A stretch of DNA of 64,000 nucleotides from Paragordius varius (lineage: Eukaryota; Animalia; Nematomorpha): contig OZ176051.1 of assembly GCA_964247055.1 (NCBI GenBank), forward strand, positions 1,302,001-1,366,000, written 5' to 3'. Of the stretch, positions 39,125 to 50,914 are shown piece after piece. The notes under the pieces are model-generated. The model was not told the DNA's origin, did not search any database, and saw only the letters and a program-made list of their open reading frames with translations. Both the position numbers and the translations under genes were made by a program. Position 1 is the stretch's first letter, and every line of letters starts with the position of its first letter.

Positions 39125-39679
39125 ATGAGTTTTAACAATTTAACATTGGTCGCGTTAACTTCAATACCGTATTGGTATGGGGTAGGGGAGGTGAAATATT
39201 GTTTTTATGAAAAAATACATTATAAATATTCACTTCAACAATATTATTCATGGCGCCCAGATATTTTGGAATGGGAAAGAATTGTTTTAACCGAAGATCA
39301 GCTGATGAAAAAAATTGAACCCTTTTATAGTCATTATATTTTACATATAAAATATCCAGAAATTAGAGAAATCATATACAGTAATAGTTATAAGGAACAA
39401 GATTATTCAAATGTTGATGGTAATGATAGGAATAAAGTTGCAAACATCATTAAGGAATATGTTGAAAAATACAAAGCCATGCAGAATAATGAATTGAAAA
39501 CTGCTATAAATTCATTGCCAATCAAATTATTTGAACAGTCTACGGATGTAACCACAGAACTTACAAATGTAAATCTTATCGATGATTCGACTGAAATTTC
39601 TTCCAGAAAATTTAACAGTGGGTGGCTTTTTACAGAATGCCATTTCAATAATCCGTTGTATACCATGAATATGCATTAA
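39125..39679 (+). CDS. Partner terminal ORF/exon (184 codons), U4
   Basis: Intact ORF homologous to the other copies. Confidence 0.78.
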   Translation: MSFNNLTLVALTSIPYWYGVGEVKYCFYEKIHYKYSLQQYYSWRPDILEWERIVLTEDQLMKKIEPFYSHYILHIKYPEIREIIYSNSYKEQDYSNVDGNDRNKVANIIKEYVEKYKAMQNNELKTAINSLPIKLFEQSTDVTTELTNVNLIDDSTEISSRKFNSGWLFTECHFNNPLYTMNMH

Positions 39680-42120
39680 GAAATTTTTTCTGGATTTTTT
39701 AATAAAACAATTACTAATAAATACAACATTTATTTGTTACAAGGGCACGGTCTAGAAACCAAAGGTTTTTGTTTATATCGAGAACATATGCTATCATCAA
39801 TTAAATCTTTTAGCGACGGGTCTTTGACACAAAAAACTGACCGATACTGTAATGTTGGGCTGAAATATAGAGAGGATTCGTTTTTTGAATGGTTCGATTG
39901 AAAAGTTGTATTAGCGTCCTTTGTTGTTTCGCGGCAGAAACAAGGTTGCCAGTATCCTAACCACCAAAAAGGGAGACAAGTAAAATTATTGCATTTTCGG
40001 CGTAAAGAAGCTTTAGGTTTTGGTTGAGGACAAAGTTTATCGCTCACTTTGAGTCCAGATATGGAATTGGCACAAAAATAAGCCTTATTTTGTGTGCCAC
40101 CCCATTTGTTGTTATTAGAATTTTCAAAATTACATTTTTTATTGCATGGACTCCAATCAGTTAATGCCCAGATGTATAATGAGTTGGTGGGATCATTGGA
40201 GTTTAAACTTATGTTTGACTCGACAGATTTGTGATAATAGGTGACAGATATATTGATTGAAACATTTAACTGAGTAATAAGAACATAAACGATCAGATCT
40301 TTTTCGAGTGGACCCACGATAGATATAAATTCTTGCTGACTTTTTTTCAGTTGAAGTATAGTTATAAACTACGGATTTTACAGCTGATGAACTCTTTACC
40401 CTATGCACCCCAAACCAAGTGATTGTTAAATTGCCATTAAGCATATATTCGGCATCCTGTGCATAAGTCAGAGCTAGATAATTAGCATTCTCACTCATTT
40501 CTTGAATGGTTATTTGTGTTGCATCTTTTGGAATGGTTGCTATACTCAAATACGAGCTTGCATTGTTCTCCAAAAATCTATCTGCAACTTGACTCGTGTT
40601 AAGAAAAACATAATTTTCCACTTTTTTACAATTTTTATTGCGTCCATCACAGATGAGACAATTATCTTTCTTAGCTCGGCTCTCGAGTCGTCGATCGCAA
40701 GCTATCGGATGACAACGCCCTTCTATACAAACACCATCTATATATTCAAAACAAACGAATAATTTAAGATACAAAGAAATAATTAATAAGCTTAAAGGGT
40801 TTCCTATTATCTAGCTTTTGCTAATTAAAACTGTCGGAGTTCAAAAAAATCGTTTAGTTTATTTATGCACCGTTTACTCGATTAAAAAATATATTTTTAA
40901 CTAATATTTGTAATATATTTGCAAAATAACTTTTACTTACTGTATTCGATATCACTTTTAATTTCTAGTGGTGTGTGTTCGAAACTAGCACTTCCCATAT
41001 TACACAAAGTCCCGTCTCGTAAACTGTGAGCATAGGAATCGATCATTTCTAAGCTAACATTTTTCGTAATATTTGGATGTGAAATTAAACTTTGCGATTC
41101 ATTTAGTTTTTCCTCGTTTGGCACGGATGACTGATATTCCGATGGAATATTTTTGCAGTTTAAATGACAGGCAGGCGCGCCATACATGATGGTTTGATAG
41201 TCAAAAATCCAAGTTGAATTGCACATTCCTTTAACTTTACATCCATACTCCTGGCATTGGTAATTAGGATTGTATTCTGTTTAAATAAATTTAAATTGAT
41301 TATGAATTATTTACAGTAGAAATAAAAATTGGACGGATAAAATGTAAAAATAGAAAGACTTTTTTTCAAAATACAACCATACTTTTTTAAACCTTAATTC
41401 ATCCTATATAAACATTTAATTACAATCGTAAAATAAATAAAATTGATTGTGTTACCAATTTACATTTCTATATTATACTTTATGGTTTAAAACAATGAAT
41501 TCTATTTAAAAAAACAAGATTAAAAAAGTATGGTTGTCTTTCGGAAAAAATATTTTTCTTTATATTTTCACGTTTTGTCCGTATAATTTCAATTTTTACT
41601 GTAAAGCTGTTGATATGAAAATGTTTTGCCAGAGTTCCAATAATAATAAAACTTTTGAAAATTATATGTTTTTATACATTTATATATAAGTTGAATTAAG
41701 CACCAAATAAGAAAAATATATATAATATATTTCAATGCCATCAGATACAAGTTTATCGTTGACCTAAAAAAGTATTATCAATATTTTGAGAATTCAGGTT
41801 ATTCCCTTCTTGCAAGGTGCTTAGATGCGTCTCAATAACGACAATTCTTCTATTTAGACTCTAATCTGAACGAAAATTTATTACTTTTAATAGGATTAAC
41901 GTATGGTGCAAAATAAAAATATCTGTTTTTTTAAAATAATATTTAGATAAAAAAATTTAACTTTTATTATTTATTATGTTTGCATATTACCTTCATACTC
42001 ATTTTCTTTCTTACAATCCCTTAAGTTGCAAGTTTTATAGCGGGTTTTTCGACCAACACAAAAGGTCCCATCGTTTGTCGGACTTTATTAATTTATAAGA
42101 TATGATCAAATATAAATTCA

Positions 42121-42413
42121 AATGTACCATTTACAGTTCAAATTCACCCTTGAACAATTCAAATTCACCCTTAAACCATTCAAATTCACTCTCAAACATT
42201 TTAAATTCCCCCTAAAATAAATTATTTGTTTTTAAAGATTAAAATGCCTGTATTTTTTTATATTTTCTAAAAATAGATTTTTATTTTAAATTATAATACT
42301 GGAAAATAATAAAATAAGCCACAAAGATACATTTTATATTGATAATGAGTTATAATTGCCCGAAAACACATAATTCATTTTTAGGGTCAAGGGTGAATTG
42401 TAAATGGTATATT
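42121..42413. mobile_element. MITE family A, ADAMTS intron 6, U5
   Basis: Same family; the left arm has an expanded number of 21-bp repeats. Confidence 0.72.
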
Positions 42414-43339
42414 ATAAATTCTGATCATCAAAGGGCATATCAAAAAAATTGATTCTTTATTACATATTGGTTATAAGATATTTTTAATCTAAATATTCCT
42501 TTGTATATTAGATGCCAAAACTACAATACATCTTAACTTGGAAAATATAGTAAAATATAAAAATACCATATTAATCAAATTAGAAAACATAAATGAAAAA
42601 TAAATTATCACGTAAACAATTTATCTTAATTTTCCTAAACCATAAATAAATTACATGGGATTATCACATGCCCGAGTTGATTTGGAAAGACCTATACCGC
42701 AAGATTTACTACACGGAGTCCAAGGGCCCCAATGTCCCCAATTACCTATTTGCTGGAAAGTTTTATCATTAAGTTGTCTGACATTCTGAGTTACTGCAAT
42801 ACATTCCTTGTTATAACACCATTTATTAACTCCACAATAGGTGCCATCTTCAACCATTTTCATTTTACTGATGCATTTACCATTCACTTTACACCAGAGT
42901 GTACCACTGCATATATCCTGTTTTAGTTACCAATCAAAAGTGTAAAATTTTAGGAAAATTTACAAATAATGAACCGGTAATATACTATTCATATTATTTT
43001 ATGTATTGTAAAATATCACCGGTCAGTTTTAACTCATAATCAAAATTATGAATTATATCGCACCGTAAAATTTTTTAGAATACTATAATATATTTAATAT
43101 TAATTAGTGTCTTAGAAATTTCATAATTGTGTTTAAATTAAATTATGTACAAATAAAATATGTATTATTGAGTGTATCTCTAAAATAGGAGTTATCTAAA
43201 CAACAAAATTTAAATTAACAGAAAATAAAATACCACCTTTTGGGACAAAAAAATCAATTATCATAATAATTATGACCTATGAATAAAATTAAATAAAAAT
43301 TGAAATATGTAAGGTTTATATCTGTGGACGAACTTTGAG

Positions 43340-44349
43340 TCTATATATTTATAAAAATGGAAAATGCTGGCTTTGTGATCTGTTTCCGGAAAATAGGTGG
43401 ACCCATTCAAATCCAAATATCGAAATAATTTTTAATGAATGCCCCGACAATAGCTTCGCCTTTTTTTGAATTAGGGCCCCAGTTCGGGTCCACCCCGTGT
43501 AAAAAACGGGTTTTTTTTGAAAACATGTCCACAAAAATCGTGTATTTGAGACAATTTTCCGGAAAACTTGTTGGACTATTCGATTTCAAATATGATTTTT
43601 TTTACTTATTTTCGATTGCGCCGAACATAGTCGACTCACTTTTTTGATTTAGGCCCTCTTTTTACCCGCTTCCCCCGTAAAATGCCACCTTTTCAAAACC
43701 AAAGCCCACAAAAATAATATTTTGATTGTGTTTTTTCGCCCAAAGTATGGGACCGTAAAAATTCAAAAAGGATTCCGGGTATTCCCTGTTAAAAGGCAAA
43801 AAATTTAGTCAAGCGTTTCTTTCATGATAGCTGCTGGGTAGGAAACTACCTGCGAAAAACTGACCCGTCAAATCAAAATAGCGTGCTTTTGGGGCTAAAT
43901 TTCAGAAAACCTCCCAGGCCATATGAGTTTAATAGCTGCTTAAAGAATTACCCGTAAAAAGTCAAAAATTTTAGTCAAGCGGATTTTTCGAATTAGCTGT
44001 TAAATAGGCCCTTTGCTCTCTAAAAAATGCGCTATCATTGAACTATTATTTAGTTTTGAAGTCATTTTTCCATAAACTATTAGGAATGAATCATGATTCC
44101 AGGTATAAAGGCAAAATTACTAACTACATTTTTATATTGGCCTCTGGGTAGGGGGCTACCCGCCTACAACTGCGCCATCATATCGATACAGCATGCCTTT
44201 GGCAAATTTCAGAATATGAGACTATCTGAAACATTTTGAAACATCGTGCCGCATAACATTACTTATAAAATCGAAAATGCCCCCCCCCCCCCCCCCCAGA
44301 AGTCCGAAGGACTTACTCGGGCTGCGTAGCAGCACGAGATTTACGCTAG
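43340..44349 (+). mobile_element. Non-autonomous Helitron, U5
   Basis: TCTATATATTTATAAAAATG ... CTCGGGCTGCGTAGCAGCACGAG atttacg CTAG|T. Confidence 0.85.
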
Positions 44350-46739
44350 TACTCATATATATATATAAATCAAATTTATATTTTTAGTACGGAAATATTA
44401 ATATATACTTCTATACCGGGACAGTAAGTGGTATTTCGCAGCCCCATGTTCAATTGGCATTGGTGATCTAGGTTGTATTGTGTTCCCAAAAAATCGGTGG
44501 CTATTTTAGCATTCAAAACTGGATCGTACGGTTTAAAGTGTAAAATAGCAAAGTTTCGATAGATGCCTTGAAATATTGAAGGGGTATCTATGGAGTCTAG
44601 GGTTACATTTTTTATGATATGATTTAAATTTTTTTCTTGTCCATCCACAGTTTTCAAATGTTGAATTAAGTGTTGAGACAAATTTTTTTCATAAGCCTCT
44701 GTGTCGATAACTGTCACGTATTGAGTAAATGGTTCAATATATAATAAAACTGATTCTTTTTCTATGATAGTTTTTGGTGGATGGGAGGACATATTTTCGC
44801 TATTTGTTTTTAAACAATCTGCATTTTGTTTTTGAATGAAACCTGTTAACTCTTGGTAACTACAGTTGGACCATATAAGATCGGCCTCCAAACTTTGCGG
44901 TAACTGAGAATCCATAATGTATGGCATTTTTTTGGATTCATTATTTTGCGTTTTTTGAATTCGATTAACATTGTGCCTTAAACAAAATTCCATTGTATCG
45001 TGTTTCATACCTAATCTAACAACAACAATAACAATAACGACAATAGATGGCCAATATATAAACTTTTTCAAAAAAATTAATTGAAGTTAAGACCGATAAA
45101 TGCAAAAACGTTAATTTTGGTTCTCTTGATTATTTTTATGTCATATTTTACAGTAAAACTATTGTTTTAGATAAATTATTTTTTGTTATAAGTATTAAAA
45201 CCGCATGTAATATCAATTTTGAAACCATGAAATAAATCATATGTTTAGGAACACAAAAAATACTTTATTTATATTCATAAAGTGGTTTTCCTAAACAATT
45301 ATGTTAGAAAGATCATCTCAGAGTGATTTAGACTGGGATCCCAGACCGTTTACACACCCTTATATCCTAGGTATGAATTAAAATACAGCTGTTCTTTATA
45401 TTTAAAGTATTTGATTTTCTTAAGCATCTTGTTAATTTTCTTTTGCTCAAAAATATTCCCCCCCAAAATAGTTTTTTCCTATCTCAAGTTTTAATAAAAG
45501 TAAAAAAGGAAAGAAATAATGTACAAATGTCCAATTTCATGAGCAATGGTGAATGCTGTGCTTAGTCCAGTATCTTCTGCAATGACACAACTTCTATTCT
45601 GACATATGGAACCGACTTCGGCCATCCCTAAAGTATTACAAGGCGTGTAATTCTGAGCGCATAAATCTAATCTAGTGCAAATGATTTATTAAACAAACAA
45701 TTTTTAAAATATAATATTTCAGTTTATTTACCTCATTTGTAAAAGTTATAATTGAAAAAATAATTCTATGAAAGAAAATATACTTTGTTAGCATGATGGC
45801 CACGTGATAAGATGGAACCAACTGACTTTCATTGAATAATGTATATTGCCAAGCACAGAAGCTTTTTAAGTAATCATCAGCATTGATTGTCATATTAACC
45901 GATTTAGGCTTAATTATATACAATGTTGAATATATAAATTTTTTATTAAAAAGTCAAAAAATATAAAAATTACGATTGTCTTCAAATGTATCATAGAGTT
46001 CCATTCAATTGTAAAAGGGAATCCGAAACTTGAACGTTTAAATATGGAGTTAACCTTAATGTATAAATAATGTTCATTTCATAAAAATATTAATAAGAAT
46101 AAAAAAGTTAATCAAAATTTGAATGGATTTAAAAAAGTTATCGTTTTTAAAATTTAAAAACTAAAAATTTACCGGAGTATATCTAGATATTGACTTACCG
46201 AATGCATCAAAGTATATATGTAAGATTCAACATCATAGTTTTTGTAATGCAAAACAAAAGATTGATCAGTAAAAACTGTGGCTTTAATTATCATCGCCTC
46301 TAACATTGTGGATGTGATGTGGGACGCAGAATCTTCTGTGATAGAATTAGCGTATACTATATAAAAACAATGCAAACTAAAAAGCAGAAAATGCATTTTT
46401 AAAAACTTTTAACTTAACGTAAAAGATTTTTTTCATACAATAGCATCGCACCAAATGTTATTCAGAATATGCTACATTAACTTAATATTTGCTTTAATTA
46501 TTAATGAAAATATTCAATGGCTCATATTTCCATACTTATGACTATATGAATAGTATATACTCTGTTTATATCTACATTTATACATTGTTGCAAAAGATAA
46601 TTGTTTATATCAAACACAATAACATTAATTTGAGTGTGGGAAATGGAAGTTAGTATGGTATGGTGAGATGTTGACTGTTTTATTGCAAACGCGTAACGCA
46701 GTTTGAGTAAATTTTGCTTGTTTTGTCATAAAATTTGAG

Positions 46740-47012
46740 ATGGAAACAGGTAATAATGAAATGGGGAATGAACAAAAAGGTCCTCCGGTCCTACCTCCCC
46801 CATATAAGGAAGAAATTGAACGTCAAGCTCCAAAGTTGGAAAACAATAATGGAGCTATTATATATCCAAATACTACCCAATTAGCAACGCAAAATCAAAC
46901 ATCGGCTGCCTTTCAGAATGGTTTTTTAAAATAAAATAATTTTTTTTGCTATACAGGAGGATACCATCATGGCATTCCTCAACCCGTTTTTTATCCGCCA
47001 CATCCACCTGTG
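46740..47012 (+). CDS. Partner gene exons 1-2, U5
   Basis: METGNNEMGNEQKGPPVLPPPY... plus phase-compatible exon 2 ending PPHPPV|gttagt. Confidence 0.6.
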
Positions 47013-47078
47013 GTTAGTTTTTTTTATTTTTTAAAAATATATATGTACTTTAAAAATGTCTTTAGGAGTTTTTGATTA

Positions 47079-47795
47079 CATTGGACAACAAATTCTTATG
47101 CCACTCGAGTTTTTTGCATTTGATATTTACTATCATTTTAACAGTAAATCTGAAATAAAAATTATAACTCCATGTATTTTTAATTTTTTTTCCTCTTTAT
47201 CAAAATTTTACTAAAAAATGTTTTTCTTTGAAAGTATACAAGTGCCTATTTGTAATATATCATTCGAAAGAGCAATAAAAGCTCTATAAAATGCATACTA
47301 ATATGTATTACATCGACAGTTAATATTGGACACAGAGAGCGACAAACGCGCGAAGCGAGAGCATTTTTTTTAATTAATAGAATGAAAATAGCTCAAACTT
47401 TGTCTGGATGGTGATGAATGTTCAAAAAAGATAACACAAGAAAGTTTATTTGATTAAATATTTTTTTATTTTTATGTCACTCAAAACAGCTATATTTAAG
47501 TTTTTTGTTTTTTTAAATTACCATCTCATCAATAATAATTTATTTTCTTTACAAGGCTGATAATTTCTAAATTTTAAAGAGAAAAACAAAGTTTACGGTA
47601 GTTTTGATTTTTTATTGCCATTAAATAAATTTACAGTTATAACTATGCATTTTAGTATCCACTAGGTAAAATATTTATGATAATAATATTTTTTAAAAAA
47701 AGGCAAACCAAAAGCTTTTTCAAACATTTTTTTTAAACAATAAACCCTAATAATTATATTAAAATAATTTATATGATTTTCAAATTAGTTTTCTG
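47079..47795. mobile_element. Truncated CACTA-like copy in the partner intron, U5
   Basis: Same sequence and breakpoints as in U2. Confidence 0.78.
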
Positions 47796-48894
47796 TGATT
47801 TTGATTTATATACACCTCAGAATTTTAGTACAAAGCGTTTGCTTAAGTGGTGAATTTTTGTAAAAAAACACATATTGCTTTATCTTAAAGACTTGGTTCC
47901 TGTGGTGTATGATTAACAACCATTTTTAATAAAATAAACATAAAACTAAGTTTAATTAATGGCTCTGGTTAAACCGCGGTCATAAAAATTTAACAATCCA
48001 TATAAAACCATTTTTCCGGTTTTTATGGTAAAACGAGCGCTTTTTTAAATGCAATTGTTTTCTAAAAAATTTTTTCCAAAACTTTGATTAAAACAGACCC
48101 AAACCTAAATTATAATTTATCCAAATATTGACATCATAATAAAATATTTGTTTTATTCTTTTCATCTTTTAGATTAGATTTCAGATATATGGCTTTGTCA
48201 TTTGATTCATGAGTCGAAGGCTATGAACACACTTATGATTTTATCGATAGAACAGGATGGCATAAAGAAATTTTTGCTTATGGCAATGACTGTATTATAA
48301 TTAAAATATCAATAATCAATATATTAACATGCGAAAGGTGGCTAAAACGAATGTATATATATTTTTAACATAATCTACACAGATTGATAAACTTTGCTAT
48401 TGCTAAATTAGTAAATTTTTTTACCCATAATTAAGGCATATTTGACCTTCCAGATTTAAAAATATATCAACGGAATGACGCATATATAAATGAAAGGTAA
48501 GCTATAACCAAAACAAACCTATATGTTTTTGGGAAATTGTATAAAAATATTATAAAAGCTTTTATATAAATAAGACATAATGACGTTACTAGAGGTACTA
48601 ATTGTAAATAAAATACATTTATTTTCGACATGCAACAATTAAAATACATATTATTTTAGCCCCTTGAGATAGTTTTCGACATTTATACATCCGTGTGTCT
48701 ATGCATATTTTAATAATTTAATTCCCATGATATAACCCAAAAGGCATCCATGAATTTGTATTAATATGATTAAAAACGAGAATCGCCATAAATCACACAA
48801 CGGAAATAATATATTTGTTAGTTTTTAATTTTCGCTATTAAATTTTTTAGGTTAATCAAATTGAAGATATTTATAAATTACGCCTAGATATTTA

Positions 48895-49195
48895 TATATA
48901 CCATTTACAATTCAAATTTACCCTTAAATTTAATTTCACCCTTGAACAATCGATATTCACCCTTGAACAATTTAAATTCACCCTCAAATAAATTATATGT
49001 TTTTTAAGATTCAAATTTACCTATATTTTTATATATTTTTAAAAAATAAATATAAATTAAAATAATATGAAAAAATAAAAACTATGCCACAAAGATATAT
49101 TTCATATTAATAACTTATATTAGTTCGAAAACACATAATTTATTTTTAGGGTGAATTTAAATTGTTCAAAGGTGAATTCGAACTGTAAATGGTAT
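48895..49195. mobile_element. MITE family A, partner intron, U5
   Basis: Same family termini and repeats. Confidence 0.72.
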
Positions 49196-49252
49196 TTTAA
49201 ATTTTACTGTTAATATATAATTTTATAAGAACGTATTTACTATTTTAGAATT

Positions 49253-49806
49253 ATGAGTTTTAACAATTTAACATTGGTCGCGTTGACTTCAATACCGTAT
49301 TGGTATGGGGTAAGGGAGGTGAAATATTGTTTTTATGAAAAAAGACATTACAAATATTCACTTCAACAATATTATTAATGGCGCCCAGATACTTTGGAAT
49401 GGGAAAGAATTGTTTTAACCGAAGATCAGTTGACGAAAAAAATTGAACCCTTTTATAGTCATTATATTTTACATATAAAATATCCAGAAATTAGAGAAAT
49501 CTTATACAATAATAGTTATAAGGAACAAGATTACTCAAATGTTGATGGTAATGATAGGAATAAAGTGCAAACATCATAAAAGAATATGTTGAAAAATACA
49601 AAGCCATGCAGAATAATGAATTGAAAACTGCTATAAATTCATTGCCAATTAAATTATTTGAACAGTCTAAGGATGTAACCACAGAACTTACAAATGTAGA
49701 TCTTATCGATGATTCGACTGAAATTTCTTCCAGAAAATTTGACAGTTGGTGGCTTTTTACAGAATGTTATTTCAATAATCCGTTGTATACCATGAATATG
49801 CATTAA
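49253..49806 (+). pseudogene. Partner terminal ORF, U5, disrupted
   Basis: TCA>TAA near 49377 and a 1-bp deletion near 49565 (aaagtgcaaac). Confidence 0.78.
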
Positions 49807-49853
49807 GAAATATTTTCTAGATTTTTAATAAAAATTACTAAATACAACATTTA

Positions 49854-50856
49854 TTATTTACAAGGGCACGGTCTAGACACCAACGGTTTTTGTCTATATC
49901 GAGAACAAACGCTATCATCAATTAAATCTTTTAGCGAGGGGTCTTTAACACAAAAAACTGACCGATACTGTAATGTTGGGCTTAAATAGAAAGAGGATTC
50001 ATTTTTCGAATGGTATGAAGGAAAAGTTGTATTAGCGTCTTTTGTTATTTCGCGGCAGAAACAAGGTTGCCAGTATCCTAACCACCAATAAGGGAGGCAA
50101 GTAAAATTATTGCATTTTCGGGATAAAACAGCTTTAGGTTTTGGTTGAGGACAAAGTTTATCGCTCACTTTGAGTCCAGATATGGAATTGGCACAAAAAT
50201 AAGCCTTATTTTGTGTGCCACCCCATTTGTTGTTATTAGAATGCTCAAAACTACATTTTTTATTGCATGGACTCCAATCAGTTAATGCCCAGATGTATGA
50301 TGCGTTGGTGGGATCATTGGAATTTAAACTTATGTTTGACTTTACAGATTTGTGATAATAGGTGATAGATATATTGATCGAAACATTTAACTGAGTAATA
50401 AGAACATAAACGATCAGATCTTTTTCGAGTGGACCCAGGATAGAAATAAATTCTTGCTGACTTTTTTCAGTGGAAGTATAGTTATAAACTACGGATTTTA
50501 CAGCTGATGAGGTTTTTACCCTATGCACCCCAAACCAGGTGATTGTAAAATTGCCATTAAGCATATATTGGGCATCGTGTGCATAAGCCAGAGCTAGATA
50601 ATTAGCATTCTCACTCATTTCTTGAATGGTTATTTGTGTTGCATCTTTTGGAATGGTTGCTACACTCAAATACGAGCTTGCATTGTTCTTCAAAAAACTA
50701 TCCTCAACTTGACTCGTGTTAAGAAAAACATAATTTTCCACTTTTTTGCAATTTTTATTGCGTCCATCACAGATGAGACAATTATCTTTCTTAGCGCGGC
50801 TCTCGAGTCGTCGATCGCAAGCTATCGGATGACAACGCCCTTCTATACAAACCCCA

Positions 50857-50914
<58 letters not shown>

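Larger units (their letters stand above)
39730..46396 (-). pseudogene. ADAMTS-family metalloprotease, copy U5; single +1 homopolymer frameshift (pseudogene or sequencing error)
   Basis: T7 instead of T6 at 40341-40347 shifts the last exon (TSTEKKSARI...). There is also an in-frame 3-bp deletion in exon 4. Other exons are open. Confidence 0.6.

Noticed and set aside
43349-43647. ORFs within the Helitron (also 4549-4815 and 53381-53692)
   Set aside because: Short, not conserved between the three copies, and with no Rep/helicase motifs.
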